A DNA stretch of 63,311 nt, the filler included, from Gemmatimonadota bacterium (GTDB lineage: Bacteria > 4572-55 > J002), in NCBI GenBank assembly GCA_003697105.1. It is 7 parts of 7 records of this genome, joined end to end, with 100 filler letters (N's around TTAATTAATTAA, not from the genome) between each part and the next. Parts side by side here need not be neighbours in the genome. Positions count along the whole stretch, not along the records: positions 11,908 to 20,269 come from RFFQ01000059.1; positions 20,370 to 28,124 come from RFFQ01000060.1; positions 28,225 to 43,964 come from RFFQ01000061.1; 4 more parts are not named here. One strand, 5' to 3'. Within the stretch, counting starts at the first letter, position 1; each line of letters starts with the position of its first letter. The translations under genes were made by a program, and so were the position numbers. The notes below the pieces were generated by a model that was not told where the DNA came from, ran no database searches, and was given only the letters and a program-made list of their open reading frames with translations. Shown here piece after piece: positions 19,598 to 28,777 of the stretch.

Positions 19598-20269
19598 CTA
19601 AGAGCGGAGCTCTAGTAGTTTTTCTATCAATGTTAGGTCTGTGGGTTCATCTACCTGAAATGAATCCAGCGGATTCATGACATACAAGGAGATTTTACCC
19701 CCCAGACGGTTTTTTTGTTCTAATAAAATTTCCGGTTTGAAGATATAAATCGATCCATTTTCGATAAAGTCTTGAGGTGCATCTTGTCGGCGTTGGCGGT
19801 GCCGGTAGTCATAACTAAACGATGAAATTTGATCGCCAGTTTTGCGCCAGACAAAGCCGTGAATTGGGGAAACGGAAAGGAGCGAATCCGCTTGTTCGGC
19901 TTCAAATTGTTCCAGAGCATTTTGAATGTCATCCGGTTGCCGGATGGGTGAAGTTGCCTGCAAAAATACAACGACATCCGGTTGGTAGTCTTCATTCTGC
20001 TGGAGATGCTGGAGAACATGAATTAGCGCTGATTCTGAACTCGCCGTATCATTGCTGATGACCTCAGGACGCCAAACCACCTCTGCCCCATATTGTTTGG
20101 CGATGTCTGCAATTTCGGGGTCATCCGTAGAGACGATTATACGGGAAATTGCCGGTGTTTGCTGGGCATGTTCAATGGAATAAGCAAGCAGGGGCTTCCC
20201 AGCAATCTGGCAGATATTCTTCCGGTGAATACCTTTAGAGCCTCCCCGTGCGGGGATAATGGCGAGAAC
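19598..20269 (-). CDS. neuA: Acylneuraminate cytidylyltransferase (5'-truncated)
   Basis: Frame open to the contig edge: VLAIIPARGGSKGIHRKN...VSTDD...LQATSP...ENGSIY. Confidence 0.92.
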   Translation of the reverse strand, partial: VLAIIPARGGSKGIHRKNICQIAGKPLLAYSIEHAQQTPAISRIIVSTDDPEIADIAKQYGAEVVWRPEVISNDTASSESALIHVLQHLQQNEDYQPDVVVFLQATSPIRQPDDIQNALEQFEAEQADSLLSVSPIHGFVWRKTGDQISSFSYDYRHRQRRQDAPQDFIENGSIYIFKPEILLEQKNRLGGKISLYVMNPLDSFQVDEPTDLTLIEKLLELRS

Positions 20270-20369
20270 NNNNNNNNNNNNNNNNNNNNNNNNNNNNNNN
20301 NNNNNNNNNNNNNTTAATTAATTAANNNNNNNNNNNNNNNNNNNNNNNNNNNNNNNNNNNNNNNNNNNN
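20270..20369. other. Artificial contig linker
   Basis: N-run with TTAATTAATTAA. Confidence 0.98.
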
Positions 20370-20554
20370 CTCATAAGGGGATGTTTTTTTTGCATATAGC
20401 TTTCGGGATCAAACATCAAGTGGAATTTCACCGCATTCAGACCCATTTCGGCCATATCATCGATCATGCGGATTAAATAATCCATATCGCCTTCATGATG
20501 ATAAGCCGTTTCGCCGATAATATAAGGGTATTGTGGGTTCAATGCTTTTTTCAT
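20370..20554 (-). CDS. Third, divergent NeuB-family synthase (3'-truncated)
   Basis: PYIIGETAYHHEGD...NAVKFH, a variant of the IAEAGVNHNGD...AVKFQ motif. Confidence 0.75.
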
Positions 20555-21369
20555 GAGCCTATATCCCTTTGAATCTGTTGGTAGGTTTTGGAATATAAGT
20601 CGGAAATCGGGAGGTTCACTGCGCTCGGTAACCCTGATTTTATTTTTTGGAGAACGATCATATATTCATAAAATTGAGCCGGCATTTCTGTAGTGTAATT
20701 ATTCTTAGCAAAGTCGCCGCGCCGGTGATAATAACGTCCCGAAACCAGCGAAAACCCGAAATCATCCAAATGAGAAAAAAGAAGAGGAATATCCGTAAAG
20801 TAATTGGGGTGCCCTTTTTTTCGAGCATTTTTTTCTGCAATCAAGGCGTGTTCATCATCGGCAAAATACCGATCATTTTTTCCGGTGATCAGCACCGTAC
20901 CACCGGTTTTAAGAACCCGATTGATTTCTAGCAAGGTTTGATTCTGGTATGTCGTGTCAAACATTGCATAGCAAATCACATGATCAAAAAAATCGGAGTC
21001 AAACCCGGTGTGTTCCGCTTCTACAACCTTAAATTGAACGTGTTCATATGCTTGACAAGTTTCCTTGGCGGCATCAACCATTGCCTGAGAAATATCAATA
21101 GCGTAAATATTCTGAGTTTTAGTATACAAAAACGGGATGCTACGTCCAAAGCCACAACCCATTTCCAGTATATTCGCCCCCTCGTGAATATTTAAGCTAT
21201 CGATAGCATCAAAATAGATCTGATCGCTGGCACAGGCGTTGTCATTTTTGACTAATGTTGATTGACTGCCCGGTTTTTGATTCGCTTCTTCAACCCGTGC
21301 TTTCCAATATTGATAATAAGTATCGTTCCAATAGTGTTTTCGGGCTTCGGGATCGATTGTTTTTTTCAT
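20551..21369 (-). CDS. Class I SAM-dependent methyltransferase
   Basis: ILEMGCGFGR, AIDISQAM and EINRVLKTGG; the start overlaps the upstream stop (ATGA). Confidence 0.88.
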   Translation of the reverse strand: MKKTIDPEARKHYWNDTYYQYWKARVEEANQKPGSQSTLVKNDNACASDQIYFDAIDSLNIHEGANILEMGCGFGRSIPFLYTKTQNIYAIDISQAMVDAAKETCQAYEHVQFKVVEAEHTGFDSDFFDHVICYAMFDTTYQNQTLLEINRVLKTGGTVLITGKNDRYFADDEHALIAEKNARKKGHPNYFTDIPLLFSHLDDFGFSLVSGRYYHRRGDFAKNNYTTEMPAQFYEYMIVLQKIKSGLPSAVNLPISDLYSKTYQQIQRDIGS

Positions 21370-22361
21370 GAGACATCTTCCTGGGTGGGGGGTTCTTCGT
21401 ATGCGCCGGGTGTGTCGGGGTAGGCTTGCACCCCATCCCCATGCGTTAACCAATACCTGTATCGCTTATGCAAAAAGTCCGTATGAAGCATGTCATAGAG
21501 TTGGTACCATTCTTCTGAATTTAGATCGATACCGGTGAAATCGTAGCCATATGTTTTGAGTTTGTCTTTTAACACCATTTCGGTGAGGTAAATTTCAATC
21601 GGAGATAAGGTGTTCTGCCACAGATGGGCTGTTGTGCTATCAATGGTTGCTCGATTTCCGGTATGAGACGAATTTCCGTCAAATGGATTACCGAGTTGAT
21701 CCTGAAATGAGCTTACATCCAGCATCTGGGGTATAAAATCAATCTCCAAAAAATCACAAACGGATTTGAGGGTATGTTCGGGGTTTGCAACCAAATTTTC
21801 GTATTTCAACAGATAAATCTGAGGATGGTTGCGGATGCTTTCTTGACCAATGAAATTAAACATTGCCAAAGACGCAAAAATGGAATCCATATACATCAAA
21901 CCCGGATGATACGTCATTTTTTTATAAGAAGCTAATACCGCTCTCGGGTCACGATACGTATGAATAACTTTTCCCTGAGGAAACATATTCAGAAAATGGG
22001 GAATAGATTCCCATTTGACCGCCGTCCGGTCAAGCCACCGTTCACCGGGTTTTAAGTCCAAAAAAGAGCGCATAATTTCGTCATAAACAACGCCTTCGGT
22101 AATCACCTCATGGCGGCGAATCGCGGACTCAATTTGATCGAGTTTTAACTCAATGCCACGACGTTCTTTTACCCGTTGGAAGGTATCGGCGAGAAGCTCT
22201 GGGAATCGTTCTGCTATGGGATGATACTTTCCGTAAGAAAACCGCATAAAATGGACAGTATCATAAGAAATTTTGATCTGAGGGCTTTGTCCTAGTGCCA
22301 GAATGAGGACGGTGCTCCCACTGCGATATAATAAACTAATAAAAATGGGACTTGAATTCAT
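21366..22361 (-). CDS. PAPS-dependent sulfotransferase
   Basis: ISLLYRSGSTV, IHTYRDPRAVLAS and KYENLVANP. Confidence 0.82.
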   Translation of the reverse strand: MNSSPIFISLLYRSGSTVLILALGQSPQIKISYDTVHFMRFSYGKYHPIAERFPELLADTFQRVKERRGIELKLDQIESAIRRHEVITEGVVYDEIMRSFLDLKPGERWLDRTAVKWESIPHFLNMFPQGKVIHTYRDPRAVLASYKKMTYHPGLMYMDSIFASLAMFNFIGQESIRNHPQIYLLKYENLVANPEHTLKSVCDFLEIDFIPQMLDVSSFQDQLGNPFDGNSSHTGNRATIDSTTAHLWQNTLSPIEIYLTEMVLKDKLKTYGYDFTGIDLNSEEWYQLYDMLHTDFLHKRYRYWLTHGDGVQAYPDTPGAYEEPPTQEDVS

Positions 22362-23725
22362 GATGTATGCACAGACTCTTGATTGTGAACGGTTCGGCGG
22401 AGGGTTCCGGATGCAACATCCAGATTGACGACCTCAACAACACCTGCTGATGTATTTGCCGCGATACCGATGGTCTCGATCTGGTCAATCCATACGTTAT
22501 TGAAATCGAAAGTGTATGACCATTGTTGCGTATCATCAAAGTCCAGATTTTCCCAGTAAAACTGATTCCCCCGGGTCTTCAGGGCGAGGAAGGGTTGGGG
22601 ACCAAAAATGGGGTGCTGACTTCGAACGGTCAGTACTGACGCCGCTTTTTTTCGCTGAAGTTCCACCTCAAATTCTGGAGCATATAGGTCATTTATTCCC
22701 AACGTCTTACGCATCCCTTCAATGGCGGTAACATGCTTAAATTTCACCTTGGGATATTGTCGGTCCACCTTCACGATCATGTTCCAGACTTTATCAATTT
22801 CAGGACTCATATCCCGAAAGTCATGGTTAGTGAAGGATAATAAGGATGCACCATGTGTTTGGGCTTCACGATACGCGAGATCAATATCAGCGTGGGTAAT
22901 TTCACGTAATCGGGCTTCCATATTCAAACAACGGGCAATCCACCTCCGGCAATTTCCCGGCGTTTGGTAATCATCATGGCTAGGGTGGTACGGGATCCAT
23001 GTTTTCGGTGCCCGGCGCCAATCACCGAAACGGGACCCAGAGAGGTCAGGTTGCCCTTGATAATTCTCCGTTGCCTGATTAGCGTAATCGAAAGGAATCC
23101 ATTGTTCCAAAAAAAAGTTGGAGTCGGGGCGTTCTGTGTGAAAGCCCGGACGGTAAACGGCAGGAAACCACTCTCGTTCAATTACCCGGCGGGTCAAAAT
23201 ATTATAGATGTGGTCAGAATTTAAGAAGGTCGTACCGGAGCGGTGGGCATCTTTATTGATGGGCAACGGGTGAAAATGCCATTGAATGGAGTCACAGGTA
23301 ATCCCGTGATACCGGTTGTAACGCCGATAATGGTCGAAAACGTTATGGTAGCCTAAATCCCGACGGCGAGGATTCAAACCCGTGTAGCCCACATTATCCA
23401 AACAAAACCAATTGTAAATCCAGCCGTTACCGTAGGAATCGGCATATCGCGCCCGAAATTCGGCAGAGGTAATCCGATCCAGCATGGCATCAATTTGATC
23501 CCAAGTCTCATTCATCTGAATTCGTTTTGGTGCGACTAAATTGGCAACGGCATCTTCATTACCGTTCAAATCAATTTCTTTATTTTGAAGTTTTTTCAAA
23601 GTGGATTTCGAGGGCTCAAAATCATAGCCAAAAATATCGTGAATGCGTTCAAAGGTTGCTTCCAAAGATTCATATACGGGTCCTTCGGTATCAATACAAT
23701 GGACCACATAGACTATATTTTCCAC
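22358..23725 (-). CDS. Uncharacterised protein with polysaccharide-deacetylase-like (NodB/WalW-type) motifs
   Basis: VVHCIDTEG, IQWHFHP (HxH), YRPG and FTNHDF. Confidence 0.5.
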   Translation of the reverse strand: MENIVYVVHCIDTEGPVYESLEATFERIHDIFGYDFEPSKSTLKKLQNKEIDLNGNEDAVANLVAPKRIQMNETWDQIDAMLDRITSAEFRARYADSYGNGWIYNWFCLDNVGYTGLNPRRRDLGYHNVFDHYRRYNRYHGITCDSIQWHFHPLPINKDAHRSGTTFLNSDHIYNILTRRVIEREWFPAVYRPGFHTERPDSNFFLEQWIPFDYANQATENYQGQPDLSGSRFGDWRRAPKTWIPYHPSHDDYQTPGNCRRWIARCLNMEARLREITHADIDLAYREAQTHGASLLSFTNHDFRDMSPEIDKVWNMIVKVDRQYPKVKFKHVTAIEGMRKTLGINDLYAPEFEVELQRKKAASVLTVRSQHPIFGPQPFLALKTRGNQFYWENLDFDDTQQWSYTFDFNNVWIDQIETIGIAANTSAGVVEVVNLDVASGTLRRTVHNQESVHTS

Positions 23726-23729
23726 GAGG

Positions 23730-24770
23730 TTATGCTCCTAAAAAATGGTCCCACGTTAAAGGTTCGCCCGGGTGTATATCCACAAGAACGGTTTTACCTA
23801 TAATTCGGTCAATCTCCGTTGGAGTGATGCCGGTTCCGGGGCGTTTGATAGCAATTTTATCAGGAGTAATACGCTCTCCAGCAGAAATAAGTTGAGTGGC
23901 AACAAGGCTTTTCCGAACGGCAAACATGATTTCCATTTCACTCGGGTTAGGTTGTTTAATCCCTGTACCTAAGCTGGTTTCCACATGACGGATTGCAGAA
24001 ACCATCTGCTTGAGTTCATGGGGCTCTAACGAGGCTTTATGATCCGGCCCAGGCAACGTTCGATCCAGAGTAAAATGTTTTTCGATCACGGTTGCACCCA
24101 GTGCGGCTGCCGCTGTTGGAATTTCGATCCCCATCGTATGATCAGAATATCCTACTGGCAGTTGAAAAGCATTTTTCAAGGTTTGCATTGCACGCAAATT
24201 AACCTCTTCATAGGGGCACGGGTAATTGGTGGTACAGTGTAGTAAGGTCAGGGGAGAAAAGGCGGTTGGGGGGGTGGTGCTAGATTGAACCGTCTGAATG
24301 GTTTGTACCGCACGTTCTACTTCACCTAAGTTACACATGCCGGTGGAGAGGATAATCGGCTTTCCTTTTGTGGCAATGTGCTTTAAAAACGGCAAATTGA
24401 TAACTTCACCAGAGGATATTTTATATATCTTGACTAAATCTTCAATAAAATCAGCACTTTCCCGGTCAAAAGGTGTAGTCAAAAACTGGATTCCAGCGTG
24501 GTCGCAGTCGGTTTTTAGTTGAACAAACTCATTATAAGTTAATTCGAGTGCTCGAAGCATTTCGAGTTGTGACGCTTGACCATCTCCCATATTGTCAATT
24601 TGATATTGGGCGCGCTCGGCATATTGCGAAACCAATGCTTCGGCTTTGAATGTTTGAAATTTAACAGCATCCACTTTTGCTTCTACGGCGACATCTATCA
24701 ATTGGCGCGCGAGATTAATATCACCATTATGGTTAACGCCAGCTTCGGCGATAATGAATACACGGGGCAT
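23730..24770 (-). CDS. neuB: NeuB-family synthase with SAF domain (LegI-like)
   Basis: IIAEAGVNHNGD, LLHCTTNYP, GYSDHT, EKHFTLD, GPDHKASLEP and KRPGTG. Confidence 0.9.
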   Translation of the reverse strand: MPRVFIIAEAGVNHNGDINLARQLIDVAVEAKVDAVKFQTFKAEALVSQYAERAQYQIDNMGDGQASQLEMLRALELTYNEFVQLKTDCDHAGIQFLTTPFDRESADFIEDLVKIYKISSGEVINLPFLKHIATKGKPIILSTGMCNLGEVERAVQTIQTVQSSTTPPTAFSPLTLLHCTTNYPCPYEEVNLRAMQTLKNAFQLPVGYSDHTMGIEIPTAAAALGATVIEKHFTLDRTLPGPDHKASLEPHELKQMVSAIRHVETSLGTGIKQPNPSEMEIMFAVRKSLVATQLISAGERITPDKIAIKRPGTGITPTEIDRIIGKTVLVDIHPGEPLTWDHFLGA

Positions 24771-25936
24771 CAGTTCTCCGGGAAATCGAGTACTTTACGA
24801 ATAAATTGTTGATTAATATCTATCGATTTGATGCTGTTCACAATTTTCGGTGCCGCCTGACCGTTGCCAAATTTGAAAGTCATCTTTGTTAATGATTTTC
24901 GAAATTCAACATCTTGTGCTTTATGGATTCCAGACATGATTGACGGCACACTGTAATCGGTGTCGATGATACTCAGATGCCGCAACCGGCCTTGCTGACG
25001 GTCACCGATGTTAACCGTAGGTATACGGAAAAAGGGAACTTCTAAAATACCACTTGATGAATTACCGATAACAAATAAACAATGGGGAATCAAGCTATGG
25101 TAGCGTAAAACACCTAGGGAATCGAAGTAGTGATAATGGTCGTTTTTAGCAACATTTTCCTTGATTAGTCGAAGTAATTTATCTCGATTGACTTCAATAT
25201 TGGGAGCCGTAACAACCACTTGAAACTTAAAATGGCTTAACGCTTCAAATAGGTTCGAAATTTGTTTTTCAGGAGGCACTTCAAATTCTAGCGTAACAGG
25301 ATGATATGTCAGTAGGACGGTTTGTTGATCGGGGTTTAATCCTAAATTTTCATATAGATCGCTTTTGGGTATTTTTTTAAGGTTGACGATATTATCGATT
25401 CCAAGGGCACCGGTTATGATAATCCGATTCGCAGGCTCACCCATTCGGCGCACATTCTGGGCATATTCCTCACATGCCACAAAATGAAGATGGGAGGCTT
25501 TTGTCACCATGTGCCGAATCTGTTCATCAATGACCCCCTCGGTTTTTTCTCCTCCATTAATGTGAAAAATGGGTTTTTTGAATAAAATAGCAGTCGTAAC
25601 AATTGGTAATAACTCATAACGGTCACCTAAAATACAGATGGCATCAAAGGAATAGTGCTGAAATAGATGTGCTAATTCAATCGAGGCAACTCCCATTGAT
25701 CGAGAAAGTGAAAAACTTGTATTTTCATTCAATAGATAATCAAAAGTGTCAGTGACAGGATATTTCTGTTCCTGAATTTCAGTTAAGGTATACCCGTGTT
25801 CAACTGCCAGATGTGTTCCTCCCACAAACAATAAGTAACGGAGGTCTGGGTCAGCATTGATCGCTTGTAAAAGAGGTAAAAATAGTCCAAATTCCGCCCG
25901 TGTCGTTGTAAAAATAGCGATAGTACGTTGTGTCAT
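24770..25936 (-). CDS. neuC: Hydrolysing NDP-HexNAc 2-epimerase (NeuC/LegG-like)
   Basis: TTRAEFG, LGDRYE, DEQIRHMVTK, TYHPVT, GNSSSG and NIGDRQQGR. Confidence 0.9.
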   Translation of the reverse strand: MTQRTIAIFTTTRAEFGLFLPLLQAINADPDLRYLLFVGGTHLAVEHGYTLTEIQEQKYPVTDTFDYLLNENTSFSLSRSMGVASIELAHLFQHYSFDAICILGDRYELLPIVTTAILFKKPIFHINGGEKTEGVIDEQIRHMVTKASHLHFVACEEYAQNVRRMGEPANRIIITGALGIDNIVNLKKIPKSDLYENLGLNPDQQTVLLTYHPVTLEFEVPPEKQISNLFEALSHFKFQVVVTAPNIEVNRDKLLRLIKENVAKNDHYHYFDSLGVLRYHSLIPHCLFVIGNSSSGILEVPFFRIPTVNIGDRQQGRLRHLSIIDTDYSVPSIMSGIHKAQDVEFRKSLTKMTFKFGNGQAAPKIVNSIKSIDINQQFIRKVLDFPEN

Positions 25937-26168
25937 AAAATACTACCAACCTGAAGTCTCCAAACAACTCCATAACGCACTGATAAAAAAGATATTATAA
26001 AATTATAACGAAATATAGGGTTTACAACTTGACGGGAAAACATTCTGAAATCCAGTAACCGTCTATGTTTTCGGCGATCGTATCTTGAGATATTTCAAGA
26101 CAAATTAGAAGTCAAAAACCCTAGATTCCGTCTCATTTTCCAGACTTCTGCAGAGACTTCAGCATTTT

Positions 26169-26798
26169 TCATTGTAAGCCTCTTGCAGGGATTCCGAGAT
26201 AAGTGCCGGCACATAACAGATCCGTGGTGACAACCGAACCGGCTCCGACAACACACCCTGAACAGATTTTTTTGTATTGAATTACGGTAGCTCCGGTACC
26301 GATTAAACAATCATCCTCAATGGTCACGCCTCCACTGAGCGTCACGCCTGGGGCAACATGGACAAAATTTCCCACCTGGCAGTCATGATCAATGGATGAA
26401 CGGGTATTCACGATCGAAAAACACCCAATACGAGACCCCGAATTTACGACTACGCCATCCATGACCACCGTGCCGGCGCCGATATGAACATCTTCGTTAA
26501 TAATGGCTGTTGGCGATATAACCGCTGGAAACACATAACCGATTTTGATCGCTTTATCACGCAATCGACGCCTTAATTCTGCTGTTTTTAGCTGGCCGAT
26601 TCCCAAAGTAGCCAGGTTCGTACCTCGAGCAAACTGTCCCGGTAAAACATCATCGGTCCCTAAATAGGGTACACCTAAAATAACACCGTGATTTACGGTA
26701 TCCACGTAACCGACAACCTGATACTCTCTGATTTTATTCAATAGGGAAATCACGACTTTCGCATGACCTCCCCCGCCAATAACGAGTATTCTAGGCAT
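26169..26798 (-). CDS. NeuD/PglD-family hexapeptide-repeat acetyltransferase
   Basis: IGGGGHAKVV, IDHDC, left-handed beta-helix repeats and GIPAR. Confidence 0.9.
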   Translation of the reverse strand: MPRILVIGGGGHAKVVISLLNKIREYQVVGYVDTVNHGVILGVPYLGTDDVLPGQFARGTNLATLGIGQLKTAELRRRLRDKAIKIGYVFPAVISPTAIINEDVHIGAGTVVMDGVVVNSGSRIGCFSIVNTRSSIDHDCQVGNFVHVAPGVTLSGGVTIEDDCLIGTGATVIQYKKICSGCVVGAGSVVTTDLLCAGTYLGIPARGLQ

Positions 26799-27945
26799 GT
26801 TTCAACACCGATACCACATACGCCACATCATTGGGAGTTAAATCCACCGAACAGGGAAGATTCAAGGTTTTTTCCCATAAGGCCCAAGCGGTCTCAATTT
26901 GATACGACTGGCAATGGCGGTACGGCTTTTGGCGATGATTCAAATACCAGACTGGCCGGGCTTGAACCCCTTTGGCGGCTAAAAATGCCATCAATTGTTC
27001 GCGATCCTTGCCATAAATATCTTTATCAATTTGAAGACAATAAAACCAATAATTGGAACAAGCATAATTCGGTGTTTCGGCAATATGTAACCCGCGAATG
27101 TGCTCGATTTCCTGTTGATACCGTTTGTAATTTCGGGTTTTAATCTCAATATATTCTGCTAATTTTTCCAATTGTGCCACGCCCATCGCTGCCTGAATAT
27201 TGGTGAGTCTGAAATTATAACCCACCTCATGGTGAATATACCGCACGGGATCATCTTTTGCCTGAGTGGTTAAGTAGCGTGCTTTTTGGGCAACGGCTTC
27301 GTTGGAAGTGACGATCATTCCCCCTCCACCGGTGGTAATGATCTTATTACCATTAAAGGAATAGCACCCGACATCTCCAATTGTTCCCGTATACTGTCCG
27401 TTCAAGTTCCCTTGTGTATAATATGTTCCTAAACTCTCGGTGGCATCCTCGACGATTTTAATATTCCGCTCTTGGCAGATCGGAACCAGCGATTCTAAAT
27501 CCACTGCATTTCCGTAGATATGAACCGGAATAATGGCTGAAATCCGTTTCCCACTGGTTTTATTATAACTGAAACCCTCTCGAAAAACCGTTTCGTTCTG
27601 GATAAATTGAATGGTTTTCTCAACATCAATATTGTAAAACGCATCGGCATCCATAAAAATTGGATTTGCATTTAAATAGCGAATGGTATTGACCGGCGCA
27701 ATAAACGTGAGGGTCGGGACCATCACTTCGTCGTCTGCTTGAACACCCACCACCTGCAGCGCAACTTGAAGTGCCGCTGAGCCGTTGACACATGCTACGG
27801 CATAATCGGCACCGGTGACCCGGCAAATATCCTGTTCAAAGCGCTCGACGTACGCCCCCGCAGAGGAAACCCAACCGGTATCCAGACAGTCTTTGATATA
27901 CACCCATTCATTACCCCGAATGGAAGGAACAGATAAAGGGATCAT
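26791..27945 (-). CDS. legC: DegT/LegC-family PLP aminotransferase
   Basis: MIPLSVP...TGWVSSAGAYV, EDATESLG, SFNGNKIITTGGGG and GYNFRLTNIQAAMG. Confidence 0.8.
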   Translation of the reverse strand: MIPLSVPSIRGNEWVYIKDCLDTGWVSSAGAYVERFEQDICRVTGADYAVACVNGSAALQVALQVVGVQADDEVMVPTLTFIAPVNTIRYLNANPIFMDADAFYNIDVEKTIQFIQNETVFREGFSYNKTSGKRISAIIPVHIYGNAVDLESLVPICQERNIKIVEDATESLGTYYTQGNLNGQYTGTIGDVGCYSFNGNKIITTGGGGMIVTSNEAVAQKARYLTTQAKDDPVRYIHHEVGYNFRLTNIQAAMGVAQLEKLAEYIEIKTRNYKRYQQEIEHIRGLHIAETPNYACSNYWFYCLQIDKDIYGKDREQLMAFLAAKGVQARPVWYLNHRQKPYRHCQSYQIETAWALWEKTLNLPCSVDLTPNDVAYVVSVLKHA

Positions 27946-28027
27946 GCTATTTATCTTACGACCTCAATGTATAAAGGTCTTTCAGGACAAATATTATCAA
28001 ATTTAGACCCGCTAATTTCATATTATA

Positions 28028-28124
28028 ACCCAAGTTGCTACCAAAGAAAGTCTTGAAATAGGCCACTCCTTTCATGTAGACTTATCATATCTATATCTTA
28101 TTGATAACTCTAACGTCTAACGAA
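28028..28124 (+). mobile_element. IS982-family left end, copy 1
   Basis: Begins ACCCAAGTTGCTACC; 97 bp identical to 43868-43964 and 53067-53163; preceded by TATTATA. Confidence 0.85.
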
Positions 28125-28224
28125 NNNNNNNNNNNNNNNNNNNNNNNNNNNNNNNNNNNNNNNNNNNNTTAATTAATTAANNNNNNNNNNNNNNNNNNNN
28201 NNNNNNNNNNNNNNNNNNNNNNNN
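28125..28224. other. Artificial contig linker
   Basis: N-run with TTAATTAATTAA. Confidence 0.98.
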
Positions 28225-28770
28225 TGTTGGAAATACGTTTCTGAATTATGAGGAGGGTATCTTTGATGGAGAGGGCAGTGCTTTACTCATCGCCTATAAC
28301 CATTTTATCCGAACAGCTACCGGCATATTTTACACTGAGGGTGGTCGTCCAACCTATATTTATCGCAATCACTTTGAATCTGAAGATACTGGAATTGAGG
28401 CTCATTTTAGCACTGTCGATGTGGTCGACAATTATTTGGTCAACTATCAAATAGAGGTGCAAAGTTTACAGAGAAAAGCTCACTATTACCTGTTCACTAT
28501 TCACTATCCAACTATCCCAATCCGTTTAATGCCGCAACAACGATCCAATATGAACTTCCCACCCCTTCTCATGTGTCTATTAATGTCTATGATGTAATGG
28601 GGCGACGAGTTACTACATTGGTCAATGAAAATAAAGAAGCAGGATTTCATACGGTGACATGGAACGGTCGAAACGATCAGCAGAAATTCGTCCCTTCCGG
28701 TATTTATATCTATCGTTTGGAGAATGAATCCGGTCTAAACCTGAGTAAACCAATGGTTTTGTTGAAATAA
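28225..28770 (+). pseudogene. C-terminal part of a secreted beta-helix protein with FlgD/T9SS-A-type CTD, frameshifted near 28435
   Basis: Frame from 28226 gives parallel beta-helix repeats (VGNTF..GIF, AYNHF..GIF, YRNHF..GIE, VDNY). The -1 frame continues GQLSNRGAK...NYPNPFNAATTIQYELP...PSGIYIYRL to TAA 28770. Confidence 0.65.
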
Positions 28771-28777
28771 ACTGGGA

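Noticed and set aside
25951-26162. 10-bp inverted repeat CTGAAGTCTC/GAGACTTCAG bounding the neuD-neuC spacer (possible MITE)
   Set aside because: Short IR, no target duplication and no second copy in the window.
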